The notes: generated from the letters alone by a model not told the origin. Shown: positions 26,980 to 40,635, counted from the stretch's first letter. The stretch: DNA of 64,000 bases from Paramecium tetraurelia (GCA_000165425.1 CT868013.1:124001-188000), one strand, 5' to 3'. Program-made: numbers and translations.

Positions 26980-29900
26980 TCATATTTACTTTCTTCTATT
27001 TACTTAAATTTCCGGCGAAACCTTATTTCTCTTTAGTTGACTTTTTGTCACTCGTAGAAGCATCATTTTGTGCCTAGCTCTTTGGATGGTTTCGAATTTG
27101 TTTATTATGGAGACATATGCCTTGTTTCTCTTGTATTTCAAAAATTTCAGTATAAATTAAAAGGGGTAAAACATGTACATCTAAAATCTATTTAAAATTT
27201 ATTATTGCCAGTTTGATTTATTTTTATTAATTTATTCTATTATTCTAGTAATATTGTGTGTAGGGAAATAGTATTCATAGTTATAGATTTAATCTAGGTT
27301 TGTCTCAGATTAATTGAATAATTGAATATAGAGATATGTGATTTCCTTTACTGGTTTGATGAGTTCAGGATCATCAATGCATTTTAGCATCTGATTATAA
27401 ACTATTTTAATGCTTTCAGCATGCATCTATTCAAAATTCTTAATCCTATTTCTAAAGGCATCGACCTCATTATTGAATATGGCTTCATAAGTGGATTATT
27501 CTATGGAGGGTTCATTTAAACTAGATAACAGAGAAGGACTCTTGGTATTCTACCTCAAGAATTTGTGATCATAAATAGATCCTACTTTGTAGATTCGTTT
27601 GGGATTGTACTTATAACTGGGTTTATGTTGCTTATCTATTCTTGCATCAGACTGCACCTCTTGGCCAATTTACTTCACTGCCCTTTGGTGACCAGAAGTA
27701 ATAAGATATTCCTCTGAGACGTGGAATACTTTGACAGAAGGCAGCTATTCTTCATTGCCACCTAGAAAGATTACATTGGCTTCAGGGTCTTATTCTACTA
27801 CATGCTGACATTTTTATTAATTTTAAATGAGTTGAGGATTATCTAAAGCGAAGATTCTAGCACATTCTTAAACAAATAACATCTCTGCTCTTGTCATGAT
27901 TGGTTTCTCAATTACTCTTCGTTTACGGTGCATTCTTTCTTAATTCTAATTATAGATGTGTCTCTTGAGCACTAATTCCTTATTGGGAATCAATTGCACT
28001 TAAGAACATTGATCCAATTGATGATCAGTTTTATTGCAGACAGGACAAAATTACCCTTCCTTAATTAGATCCTAATCTAAATTGAGAATCAATTGATCTC
28101 TCAATTAACAGTACTTTTAGAAATCTTCAGGGAAATCTTTTAATGTTTCCAGGAAGTCTGATTTTGATAGCATCAATAAACTCACATATCCAGCTGCTTT
28201 GAATAGTTCTCTATCTTGACTCTACAATAAAAAGTCTTTGACACATATGAATCTTCCATGACTGATATGAGAATTGATCTTTGATCTCTGTTTCCCATCT
28301 CTATGTTAATATAGCAATATTCCTTATTCAATATAACATAGATGATATTCCCCATCAAACTCAATTGAAAATGTGTTTTAAGGTTGTATAATCTTTCTTT
28401 TAATTGATTTAAAGAGAGCATTGCGAAACTCAACACTGAAATACTTCTGTAAAAACTCACATTTCAAAATGAATATCTTGTATGCCTATTTATCTAATTC
28501 TTCCTTCAATTCATCTGACAGCTATCCCAGTAATTCCTATTCCATTTCCAAATCTACTTCGTCGTCTTCCTTCCATCGATATGTCAAGTACTCCTTGATT
28601 CTATTGTTTTATTAATGATTTCAATTACTGATATTATAAGGCAAATGGAATCTCGCGCTCCCTCATATACTTATTTATCACTCTCATCTTTTTATTTCTC
28701 TCTACTTAGTTCTAGGTGATATCGTCAATTATCCCACCTATGAAGTTTACACTATAAGAGAACCACAAACAGGCACATAGAATAAAAATTATTGTAACTA
28801 TTTTCTCTATCTAATTTTAGGGCACATTATCTCCGTATCCAATTGTCAACATTGTGACTATTGCAAAATAAAATGCTTCCAGATACTGTGATGACCATCT
28901 CAGATCTCCTAATCTCTTAGTAATAATCCACGAATCCTCTCTATCTATGCTGCTAGACCAAAACCATATGCAACTGAATAAATGAGCTATATAAATTAAA
29001 GACACCAAAAACTTTATTAAACCAATTCTACCCCTCTAAGGTCGAGTAAGATATGAGATCTAATCTACTTTCAAAAATGATTCATAGACATACTTAAGTT
29101 AACTCAGAAGAAGAATCAAAATTAAATCATAATCTCCTTCAGGTAAATAGATATTGATTAACAAAATAAAGGTTAGACATTGATCAATTAAAATAGATCT
29201 ACTTGTTTACACCTTGATTATTTCCCAACGATCTGCTATGGCTTTACCCGTTTTATATGTGATTGTATTTATTTTAACAAAATAATCCAACTATAATACG
29301 ATAAATATCAGTGTGGAAAATATCCTGTCTTCGGATGCCAAAATTCTTGAATTAAACGAAATTTCTAAAGGTACCAAAAATACCAGTATTCCTCTAATGA
29401 AGGTGACGAAGAAATCCCAGTACATCTTTAACATGCTTTCTGGTTAAATTAATGGTATGCAAGAGATAACCCATAACAAAAATTTGAAAATCTGTCTTTG
29501 CGTATACTCAAAAGATTCCTTGAATTCCTCAAGTGTTCGTCGCTTAATAATTTATTAAGTAAATATTCTTTGAACATTTATGAATGATAGTTCCTTGCGC
29601 TAAAACTATTTGGCATATGCTATCACATTTAAACTACAATTAGAGTAAAGCAATACTTTTCGGATGCTTTATCACTTATTAAATTTAAAATACTGCAATT
29701 TAAAGTCTCTAGTTTTCGTCTTTTTTATCCAACTTTTTCTAAAAACCTTCGAATAAAAAAAAAGGTCATCAGGCTTGATCCAGTATTCTTAGATGTTTTA
29801 TTGAATTGAGTTTGCATCTCTGATAATGAAATTGCATCGTTCTAGAGAAAATCTTACTCGGGTTTGGGAGTATATGTGATATCTGGAGTTTTATCTATTC

Positions 29901-30057
29901 TACTCGACGAGAACATACCATTTTGAAAAACGGTGCTTGGCCGAGATTCCTTGAGACAAAATTCCAAATACTATTGTTCAAAGTCATCATTTTGTTCAGC
30001 TCGCAATTCTCGATCCAAACTGTTACTAAAGTTATCTTCGGGATTCAGATTTTTCAT
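26980..30057 (-). CDS. CNBD-family 6TM K+ channel
   Basis: ATG 30057, pore QYLEAFYFAIVTMLTIGYGDNVP, C-linker YLTYRWKEDDEVDLEMEQELL shared with the 7405-10624 paralog, TGA 26980-26982. Confidence 0.9.
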
Positions 30058-30986
30058 TAAAATTAATTTAAACAATCACTTACTACTTCAGAAGGAAGTA
30101 ATTTTTCAAGAAAATGATATGATGAACAAAATAATAATCTGCCCTTTGAAGAAATTCAAATAAAATTAATTAGAATTATATATATAAATTAATACATTAA
30201 ATATTTGTACTCACACCTCTCGAACGACTTACCCTATCTTTTCTATCCTTAGTCTGAACCGATATTTTCTAAATTTTCAAACCATTTTTTTAATTTATTC
30301 TCAGTTCGTAAGATTGGCTATGCTTTATATATATACCTTAAGAAATATCTTTTTAATTGAAATTTTTTGAAAATATGGCAAAGGATAAATAAATCTATTT
30401 GATTATTAACAAGAATTGAGAATTTTCCAAATGTAATCTTTGATCTTAAATATTTCACGAATTTAAAATTTAACATGATTTAAAAGTCTTTGACTTTAAA
30501 CGCCGAATCAAAGTCTGGCTCAGTGTACATATTTGAATAATATACTCTATAATTAACTAGTTTACTCTTTAATATTCAAAAAATAATTCAAGATTTCGTA
30601 TTTAGTATTTTTAGGAATGGTTAAATGTAAGGAAATCTAACTAGAAACTTTAGGAGTTTATTTTGGATAGTTATTTCTATTGGAGTATTATTGAGAAATT
30701 ACATTAATGATTGTTGTTATAGAATGTTAATTTGATCAGCACAAGTAAATTAGAAGATTAATATCATATATATGCTTTTCTTGAGACAGTTAAAATGTAA
30801 TGGAAAAATTATGCAAGGAAACTGGAAACATTAATAATATACAAAAAGAGAAGCAAAGACTTCTCTAATGATTTCAAAAGATCATTCTGGTTTAGCTTCA
30901 GGATTCAAATATTCGCAGAAATAATAATTTATAAGCATTTCTTATTTCCATTAAATAAATTAATAATATTTCAACAAAATTAGGAG

Positions 30987-32107
30987 ATGAATTAGACAGA
31001 AGGTTTTCACAGATCGAGATTTATAAATTACCATTCAGATTGTTTCGATTGTTTAGTATGCTAACATGTCGCTCGTGACCCTAAGGAATGTAGTGAATGC
31101 GGGCAAGTTTATTGTATGTCTTGTGTGCCTAAGTAATTAATTCTATATGATTATAGTTAATGTATTAATTGTGAAACTCCTAGGTAGATAGATTAAATGG
31201 CAAGAGTTTAAAAAAAAATATATGATGATTTAGTATTGAAATGTAATGAGTATATTTTATTTTAAGGTTAATTCTGTGAACTTTTAGTAAAAGTAAACTT
31301 AATTGAAAAACATGAAGAGGAGTGTAATAAATATTGTGCAAATTTTGAATGCTGCGGGAATTTAATAACAAAAGAAAATAAAGAAAAAGTAATAAATAAT
31401 AACCATCAAGTTTTGTGATACCATATGTCAATTATTTAATCTTGTGTAAAAATCAGGTAGCAGATAAGAGATCTATGAACACTTAAAAAATGTTTCTTAA
31501 TAGAATATTGTCATATCCTCAAGAATACCGAGAAGCATCGAATCTTCTATTAGTTCATCTTTAATTATTTCCAATAGATGGGATAGCTAAAGGAAGGCCA
31601 CTAATATCAAACTCTCAGATGGAGATTAGAAAGCATTCCATGAAGATATATCACACATGTTCAGATCAGTCATAGCAAAATATGGCTATTCGTCGGGAAT
31701 AGCGTATTGGGAAATTGAAGCTGACGATAGAAATGAAAGTGAATTAAAAATTGGTGTTACAACAAACAGAGACTTTAACTTTAATACAACCTTTTGTGAT
31801 CATGAATTTGGTTGGGCTTTTTATGCATTAGGATCTGTAAGTATTTCAGGAATAATAATAGTTACGCCATAATAATAGTAATACCGGTCCCGGATTTGGT
31901 AGGAGATTAAAAAATGGAGTGTTTGGAGTTTGTTTAAATATGAATTAAGGACAATTGATGTTCAGTTGGAACGGAGAATACTTGGGTTGTGCATATAAAG
32001 ATGAAAAGTTAAAAACTGGACCTATTTATCCTGCAGTGGCCTTACTGAATGTTGCTGGTTGTAAAATCACAAGTGGAAAACCTGTTCCACCCGTATTCTA
32101 ATTATGA
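30987..32107 (+). CDS. RING/TRAF-type zinc finger plus SPRY (B30.2) domain protein, probable E3 ligase
   Basis: N-terminal CLVCQHVARDPKECSECGQVYCMSC. C-terminal GIAYWEIEAD...LKIGVT...FGVCLNMNQGQLMFSWNGEYLGCAY...IYPAVAL. Confidence 0.8.
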
Positions 32108-32538
32108 TAAACATATTATTAGTAATTTTCAATTTAATAGGTTCTACTGATAAAACACTTCTACAGAAGAACCTTCTTCTTCTTCCTAAGCAGTCTATAG
32201 ATTCCTTAATTATACTATGAGTATCTATTAGTTCAGACAATCAGGGAACTATATCGGACTCAACTATAGTTTAAATTTCTTAATCAAAATACAATTTTAT
32301 TTTAATTATTCTCTCTTCCCTCTGTCGTTTTGATATTATCAAATATTTAAATAATTTTAGTTTATTGGATCTTTTTAAAACAGTTTATCATGCATCTTCT
32401 AATCTTCAAAATTATTTGTTATATTTATAGTATAAATATTTAAATTTTCTAAAAATGTAAATATATCATTGTAAAATTACACATGTTAATGATATATGTA
32501 TAGCAGTATTCATTTAATAATTATAAATAAAAGATCAA

Positions 32539-34899
32539 TCATTTGAGGATTATCTCATCGGGGATATTTTGAGTATTTCTACAAACTTGATCGTTATTTG
32601 AATTTGCTCTCAATCTTTTGATGCCATCAAAATCTAACAATTTAGACAATTTGAAAATGGCCTATATTTCATCTCCAAGTTTCTTGATCAATTTTTGATT
32701 AACTTCATATTGAGGATTTTAATCCATACTCTATTGCAATACTAAATCATAAGCCTTATATATATATTCAAATACTCTATAGATTCTCTTGTATATTCTA
32801 TGATCCCTATCAAGACTTTGAGTACGAAAAAGGTTTCTTAAACTCTATTATATTAATTGACTCCTGCGAATCTTTTTATTTTTATACTATTCAATCCTTT
32901 ATTATTAGTGTATAACAATACGTGCTTCTTGCTCTCTCTTCCAAAAAGGTTCGAGAAAAGTGCATTTCTTTTTCCTCAATCAATGAAATAATGGGTTTTG
33001 CTGCGAAATCAAATAATAACTACTAAGAATTTGTCAGTAGAATTTCTTTTAGTTTATCAATCTCATTTAATTTAGTCAAAATATTAAACACATCCAATTA
33101 TTCATTGATTTTATCACTAATATTTTATTTATAAGATGATACACTGCTTAATTATAAAATAATACGGAAAGTGAATTCTAGAAAGTTCTTCTAAAACACA
33201 ATTAATTGAAAAATATCTTGAAATTAAACCTCAACGGTTACGATCTATTTAATATAAGATTGATTTATTTTTTGAAGTAATCCAATCCACTTACACAATT
33301 GAGCTTCTAAGCTAAAATGTTATGATCCTTTATTGCCTACTATGTAATTTAATTACTCTTATCTTCATTCTCATTTGAACCTTGATTAACATATTCATTA
33401 TTCTCAGTTGGTGGTCGATCGATCAACATTACATGTTTGTCAGACTAATGCTTCCTGAAAAGTTGTAGAATTTTGCTTTTGTGTTTTATTTCACTATTTG
33501 GAATTTATTATTATTAGCCTTCCCTATTTACATAGTACTCTTGTCTAAACTATTTATCTTCATAGATATGATCTATCATTTTTAGATTTTATTAATGTTA
33601 TTTGTTCTACTCATCAAAATCAGTACTAAACTCGTAAACCTTATTCGATAATTCTACAAGCACTACTTAATTTAAAAATAATGCTAACTTGTTATTTTAT
33701 TATACGTTGATATTATGAATCCCATAACAATAAAAGAAATCTAGAACAAACCTCCCAATTTAGATAGCAAATCGATAATGCTTTAATTCTTTCTCTCAAC
33801 CAAGGTGGTGATTGGACTTTTACGAAAATAAAACGATGCATAAACGGCATCTGAATCTCTTCCCAAATCAGTAATTTCTTTGGTCTATGTATCATCTATA
33901 GAAATAAAATTCGAATTTTGATCTTGACTTAAATTCATACAGAAGTGCTTACTTAAATGGATAAAGATCTAGACTATTTTAGAATTAATATTATCTAAAG
34001 AATATGTTTGCCTATTTATTAATTTGCTTCGGAACAAAAGATAAATAACTTCGATCATCCAGATATATAGATACATAGTCGGATCCAATTTTATTAGGGT
34101 TTATTACCTATTTTCAAATTGAAATATAACTTTATTTATAATATACACCTAAACCTTGAAATTCCCGATCTTCTCTACTTGTTGTTTTAATTCATCCTCT
34201 GATGCACATCTTCTATCGGTATATTCACTTTAATTGCATGACGTAACTTCAATTTTAAGAAAGTTAAAATTATTAGCTTTGGATATATGAATTTCATTAT
34301 ACATGTAAATGTTCCTCCAATATTCATATTTAATTAATTTCTATCATAGTACATATCAATATTACTAAGGGCACAGCAAGTTCTGGAGTTAGAGTCTCTC
34401 AAAGTCCTCTGAGAAGTTTTTACCATAACGTTGGAAAATTGAGTGGAACCGATCCAAAGTACATGGAACCAAAGGAAGTTAAGTAATATTTTTAATAATT
34501 GTTCCATTTGAAAGTCTCTCATACTGCCTGTATAATCCCTAAATATGGTTACCTTTATTGTAAATTGAGAGTAAAATAGGGTTGGCTTATAAAGTTATTT
34601 TATTCGATCCCCAATGCCATTATAAAATCTTGATCATTCAATTGCAGATTTGAAAGTTAGTCGTCATAAACCTAAGTTTGCTTGGTGATGATATTTTTTC
34701 CAGCCAAATAATCAATGAAATTGGTTGAAAAAAATAGAAACACAAGAAAGATTGTTACTATGGAAGTAAAACCACCAAACGACGATTAAAAGGTAGATTT
34801 GTGATTCATTCCAAGGCTTGGGGACTGAGCAAAAATATCACAAATTCTTAAGACTCATTCTACTAGCAATCTATGTTTACATTAATTTATTTTGTCCAT
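32539..34899 (-). CDS. Ciliate two-TM protein with large extracellular loop (DEG/ENaC-like topology)
   Basis: N-terminal CDIFAQSPSL...SSFGGFTSIVTIFLVFLFFS (TM1), Cys-containing loop, TM2 IIDLLSKLGGLFQISFIVMGFII, long cytosolic tail. Confidence 0.7.
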
Positions 34900-35160
34900 T
34901 GTTGTTTTTAATATTATTTTCAAAACAGATTTTACAATAAAAAACTAATTAAAAGTTTCTGTAATCCTTTTCAATTTATATTAATTTACAAGATTTGTTA
35001 TAGTTAAGTCTTATTCAGGGATTTGAGAACCTTTTAAATAATGAGTTCTATTTTTGATCACATTAGTAATTATAAATTCATATGCTATATTATTAACAAT
35101 ATCAGCTGAAAAAATAATTATTAACTTTCACGAAAGAATATTTAATTTAAAATTTTATCA

Positions 35161-36022
35161 ATGGAAAACTAAGGAATTTGGACTAACCGATCTAATTTTA
35201 TTAAATAGATAAAGAATGATTATTAAGCTAACATTAAGGAATAAACATAATTTGAAGAATCATTGAGTATACCAATATTATTTGACAACTCTTGCGCTTA
35301 ATGCTTTAAAAGGTTTCGAAAAAGAAAGCTGGTATCGAGTGTCACTTAAATTGATTCTTATATTTCTGAGTTTTATTACAAGAACCAGCATGAATGTTTT
35401 TCCAAGCATAAGTAATTGATATTTTTCAACTAGATTCTCAATTGAGAAAAATGGTGATTAATTACAAATATTCTAACATTAAAAATGCAGAGTTCATTCA
35501 CTCAAAACTTCGGTAAATTGTGTCATTTGCGAGAATATCATTAGTAAAAGAAACTATTATAAATGTTAAAAATGTAAAGCCTAATTTTACTTTTAAAATG
35601 AGTTCACTCCAATTTTAGAGTGTCCTGAATGCAATTGTAAATTTTGTAAATTGTGTAAGAGACAACACCATTTATTTAACCATTATGCATGCACCTGTTA
35701 TTATGATTTTGGTTATACGAATTCTTTTTACTTACTGTTATTGATAGTATTTTAAATCTTAATCTTTCCAATCCTAGTGTATGGGAAAAGCTTTTAAGTT
35801 GGAATGGAAATAGCCTCATTAATAATCCCCAAAGTAATTGAGCTTTATTTTTACACAGGGAAATATATATTTTTATTATTAATTCTACCCTTAATCGCAA
35901 TTTACTTGTTAGTGTTTTTGGTATTGTATTGGATCTACATATTACCCAAAAGCGTATACCTAAGTTTACTGGATATTTATGAACTTATGGCTTAGATTTA
36001 TAGGAATTTTTATATAGAATGA
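35161..36022 (+). CDS. IBR/RBR-type zinc-finger protein with C-terminal TM helices
   Basis: CQKC...ECPECNCKFCKLCKRQHH...C followed by two hydrophobic segments; one intron; TGA 36020-36022. Confidence 0.7.
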
Positions 36023-36258
36023 TTTATATATTTTGTATAAAATCAATTAAATTCTCTACAATAGTTATAAAAATTAATATTAAGAATTCTAGGGATGATA
36101 ATATTGCTATATATTAAATAAGGATTTAAGAATATGACAGAAAAATATAATTTTATTGTCATATAATGAGGTGACAAATTAAATAAATAATGGTTTGAAT
36201 GATTAAGAAGGATTGAAACAGCGATAAAATAAAGTTTATATATTTTAATTAAAACAAA

Positions 36259-37587
36259 ATGAAGAAATAAGATTGGAAATTCATGTAGGTGTTCGGGGAT
36301 AAGGCATCTTCTGACAATGTTAGTGACGAGGATATCATTTCTGCAGTGCAATTTGAAAGGACTGGAAGATTGTTGGGATTAGGAGACAGAGCTGGTCGAT
36401 TGATAATATTTGAAGTGCCATTGAGTAAGAAGAAAGACAAGGCTGAATATTAGTATTTATTTTAACGATTGCTTAGATATTTGACAGAATTACAATCACA
36501 TACAAGGGAATTCGATTTCCTTAAGAGTACTGATATAGAGGAGAAGATTAATCAACTTTAATGGTTGAGAGCACAAGGCAAGAATATGTATATTTTGTCA
36601 ACAAATGATAAAACGGTGAAGTTGTGGAAGGTCAGTGAAAAAAACGTAACTAAAGTTATCAAACCAAGTGGGAAGGAATTGGCAATGCCGAAATTATAAG
36701 TTGTCGAGACTGGATTGATTCCAAGGTAAATAATAAATAAGATTAGAAAGTGTGAGAAAAGTATTTCCAAATTTGCATAATTATCACATAAATTCATTGA
36801 CTGCTTCAAGCAACGAAGAATTTGTTTTAACATCAGATGACTTAAAAGTGTATTTATGGAGTGTTGAATAACCATCCAAAGCATTCGTGGCTGTCGATTT
36901 GAAACCAGAGAACTTGGATGAGTTAAGTGAAGTGATAACATCCTCAACATTTCATCCCACATTGGATAATTAATTTCTATATACAACCAGCAAGGGAATC
37001 ATTAAATTATGTGATATGAGAAAATCAGGAATCTGTGACAATACGGCTATTACAATGGCAGAACCAGAAGATCCAGCCAAAAAGAATTTCTTTACTGAAA
37101 TAGTTACTTCTATCTCAGATGCTTGTTTTAGTCGAAATGGAAAATACATATTCTCAAGAGATTTCTTGACTGTCAAAGTGTGGGATATTGCCATGACCAA
37201 TAAACCTGTTGCCACTGTTCAAGTATTCGAACCTCTTAAGTCCAAATTATGTGACCTCTATGAAAACGAATCTATTTTCGATAAGTTTTCAATCCAATCA
37301 ACACTTGATTCAAACAGTTTTGTTACTGGCAATTTCAATAGTACCTTCCATGTTGTCGACAGATTAGGTATAACTTCTTGATTACTATCTCAATAGGTGA
37401 ATGCAATTCCCAATATGAATTGAATTTCAATAAGAAGACTGTGGTGAGACAGATCCCGCCTAAATATTTCGAGAATTTGGGATCATCTTATGATTTTAAT
37501 CGTAAAGTCCAGAAAATCAGCATGTGCTAAACCCAAAACCTTGTTGCAATAGCTTGCCTCAATTGTCTCTATTTCTATACAGCATGA
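36259..37587 (+). CDS. Protein phosphatase 2A regulatory subunit B55 (WD40)
   Basis: WKFMQVFG...[23 protein letters not shown]...[15 protein letters not shown]...[11 protein letters not shown]...[11 protein letters not shown]...[15 protein letters not shown]; 3 introns. Confidence 0.95.
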
Positions 37588-37645
37588 CAATTAATATATA
37601 TATATCATATAGTATTATAGATATTGATTTCTTATATTATTGATA

Positions 37646-37849
37646 TCAGCCTCTTCTTGGGAGCTAAACAACAATATTTTTATCATTGTGGAATATTCTC
37701 ACTCTGTTCATTCTAAAATCTCTGGTTGTGGGAGATCCCTCAGCCAACACTTGTATCATAATACCAGCATCGTCAGCTAATATTAATTACTTAGCTTCTT
37801 CTACTGTTTTACCAACTGCTTCTGGCCATTCTTTCTTATCTGCTTACAT
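37646..37849 (-). CDS. Potato inhibitor I family (I13) serine protease inhibitor
   Basis: MQADKKEWPEAVGKTVEEAKQLILADDAGIMIQVLAEGSPTTRDFRMNRVRIFHNDKNIVVQLPRRG-stop: WPE.VG, T.D.R..RVR and P..G signature. Confidence 0.9.
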
Positions 37850-38037
37850 CGATCTTATATACTGATAATAATTATTATTATAATGTTTATAAATAAGAAA
37901 TAAGAAATTGCATCCAATTCACATTTATTAGAATGCAACTACTTGAATATAATTAAATGTATAAACAACATTCTTAAATAGCAGTGCGAATATTGAAATA
38001 TGGCCATGTGTTATTTATTATACTGTCAAATATACTA

Positions 38038-38308
38038 TCATTTTTTTGTTTTGTATTTTGCTCCAAGAACAAGTTGCAATTTTCCTCCTGTTGATCTACC
38101 TAATTGACTTGAGCATTTGCTAACATATTATTCACTTTCTTTACATGCAAGTGACAATGCCTCTAGCATGGGAAAATACAGTGTTATTGGTTGAACACTA
38201 TGGGCATTTGACATCCATGAAATATGAATTAGGTGCTTAAATCAATCTCTTTAATTTGTGCTTTCTCTTTTCACTCTCGTATTAGGGTCTCAATAAATCT
38301 TGGTCCAT
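38038..38308 (-). CDS. RPS27: 40S ribosomal protein S27 (eS27)
   Basis: DLLRP...[25 protein letters not shown]...VFSHA...C.KC...TGGK; one 25-nt intron. Confidence 0.95.
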
Positions 38309-38356
38309 TATTTAAATTTATTTTTAAATTAATTTATTTATTTCAAACATACTCTA

Positions 38357-38760
38357 ATGAACAAGTAGGCATTTCCTAAGTAAATCCTTGCTCTAAAAAC
38401 GATGTCAAAGCTGAAATTTTCTACTCAGAAATTGGTCACAGAAGGTGTCCGATTCTTTAAAGGAAATATAAAAATTTCAGATGATGGGATTTATATTCAT
38501 CTCAACTAATTGATGCTAATTATAATCAAAGAGTTAACAAACATATAGGGGTAGGGGCAGCCGAACAATTAATAAAGCCATTTATATGAATTTTAGTAGG
38601 AGAGTGGCCATCAAAGTAAATATAAGAATTATATAAATCCATAGATTCTTATAACCAAGAGGAATAATAGTTATAAATTAATGAAATTGAATACTTTGAG
38701 ACATATAGTTAATTATTTTCTAAATAGTAATAATATTAACTTATTTCTATTAATGAGACT
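38357..38760 (+). pseudogene. Degraded MAPKK(MEK)-like kinase remnant
   Basis: Fragments GNIKISDDGIY, IGVGAA, KAIYMNFSRRVAIK[intron] lie in shifting frames; no HRD/DFG follows before the next gene. Confidence 0.5.
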
Positions 38761-38965
38761 TTCAGCAGTTCTCTTATTGAATTAATTAAATACCCTAGAG
38801 CAACACTATGAAAATCACAATATCTTGCTAAAAAAAATAACCCTTAAAAAAATATATTCTTATTGCAATTATAAATGTTTCAATTAACAAGTAGTAAATC
38901 AATCAATATATAATGAAAACTATTAATTGATATTAATAATAGAGGTTTTATAATACAAATTATAC

Positions 38966-39916
38966 TCATTTTTATTTTGAGAATGGATTTTGGATAGTTT
39001 AGAATAGTAATCTGGAGAGGTTTGATATATTGTTCTACAAGGTACCAACTATGTTATAAATGAGTTCTATAGTTGTAATGATGGTTTGATAGAGATTGAT
39101 AACAATTGCAAAAGCAGTTGCAATGGCATACATATATAATTGAATCAGTAAAATGAATTTATAGAATAGATTCTCATGGGATAGAGCATATCTCACATAT
39201 AAGTTATTGTAAGTGTATATTCTCATGAATAAATCGGATATTAAAATAAAAGGAAAGAGCAGTAGACTAGTAAGTAATGCCAATGAAATGCCAACCATTA
39301 ATTTAAGAATAGTGAGTCCACAATCTCGAAGTCTAAAATTAGATTGTTTAATGTTATTTGTATGTTCACTATTAGTAGTTTTAATTCCTTTTTATTTCCT
39401 CTGTTTAATTCCTCTTTTTAGACTCAGTACAAAAATAACAATATTAATGCTAAATTTCCATTTTTACATAACTTCAGAATTCCAATTGTATTCCTTAATG
39501 GATTTCTACTTAAATTCATAATGCGGATTCCTAAATTGAATTCTCTTTTTTTGGTATTAAATTGTTTATGAGCCCAACATGCCCTTTTAAGTTTTAGAAA
39601 TTTCTTCCTTATCCCCATGATCAGTAGTATTCTATTCGATTAGTTTATCCGATTCACTCTAATTTTAAATAACCAATTATAAGCGTTTGGGATTTTAGGA
39701 TGAGTCATCTTTCAATTGTTATTTACAATGAATGCTGTTGGATGGGGAATAAATGTTTTGAGCTCCATATTTATTGTAGTCATTCATGGAATCTTTTATA
39801 GTATCATTAATTCGATTTAAACTGCTATCATCAGTAATTTAGACCATCTAGGTATTATTAGGATCTTCATTGTCACCTTCATGAGTTTGATACTCCTTAT
39901 AAATTGGTTTATTCAT
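38966..39916 (-). CDS. Hypothetical protein with C-terminal TM helices
   Basis: Uninterrupted ciliate-code frame MNKPIYKEYQTHEGD...LMVGISLALLTSLLLFPFILIS...TGA 38966-38968. Confidence 0.65.
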
Positions 39917-40216
39917 TAATTATTATATTTAACATAAAATAGACATTCAGTAAGGATTATTCCATCGTATTTTACACAGCTAAGGCTTCTTCATTATTGT
40001 TGTTGATTCAAACATATTTAGAAATCTAGAATTAATTAGTATTTATCAATTAAATTTATCCTACTGTAAGTAGGGTTCTCATCAATTTGAGAGGTAATTC
40101 TCCCTTTATTTGCAGAATTGTTATACTTCTAATAAATGAGTTTACAAATAAGAGTAGTTGATGTTAAGATTGCGAACCATGAAATACTGTCAAAAATTAA
40201 TTATTATTTTAATAAA

Positions 40217-40635
40217 ATGGGTTGTGTTGCTTAGAAGAAAAAAGTGGAAAAGCAGATATATAGAATGGAAACCTAAATAAAGAAGTTGGTTTAGTAGAAT
40301 GAAGAGATGACAAATCAAATCAATACTATGCGAGAGTAGGAATAAATACTATCACAACTTTGTGAGCAAAGATCTGAAAGATAGGTATTTACTTAATAAT
40401 CTATAGAGAATAGATTTGACTGCTTTGACAGATGAATTAAACAGTCGATTTGAAAAGTTAAGAAATGATCTCAAATAAATTGATATTATTTGCGAGGAAC
40501 AGAAACAGGCAAAGTTAAAGGAGATGTTGGAATGGAAGAATGTACGTGATGTATTAATAATGCTAGTTATTTGATAAATTGGATAATGTATCTAAGAATA
40601 ATTTATCTCAAATATCAGAGGAAGATGAATATTGA
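40217..40635 (+). CDS. Small coiled-coil protein with N-terminal MGC acylation motif
   Basis: MGCVAQKKKVEKQIYRMETQIKKLVQQNEEM..., two short introns, TGA 40633-40635. Confidence 0.7.

Noticed and set aside
30060..30980. Long spacer with partial open frames
   Set aside because: No ATG-to-TGA model with convincing protein features; no repeat or terminal inverted repeat seen.
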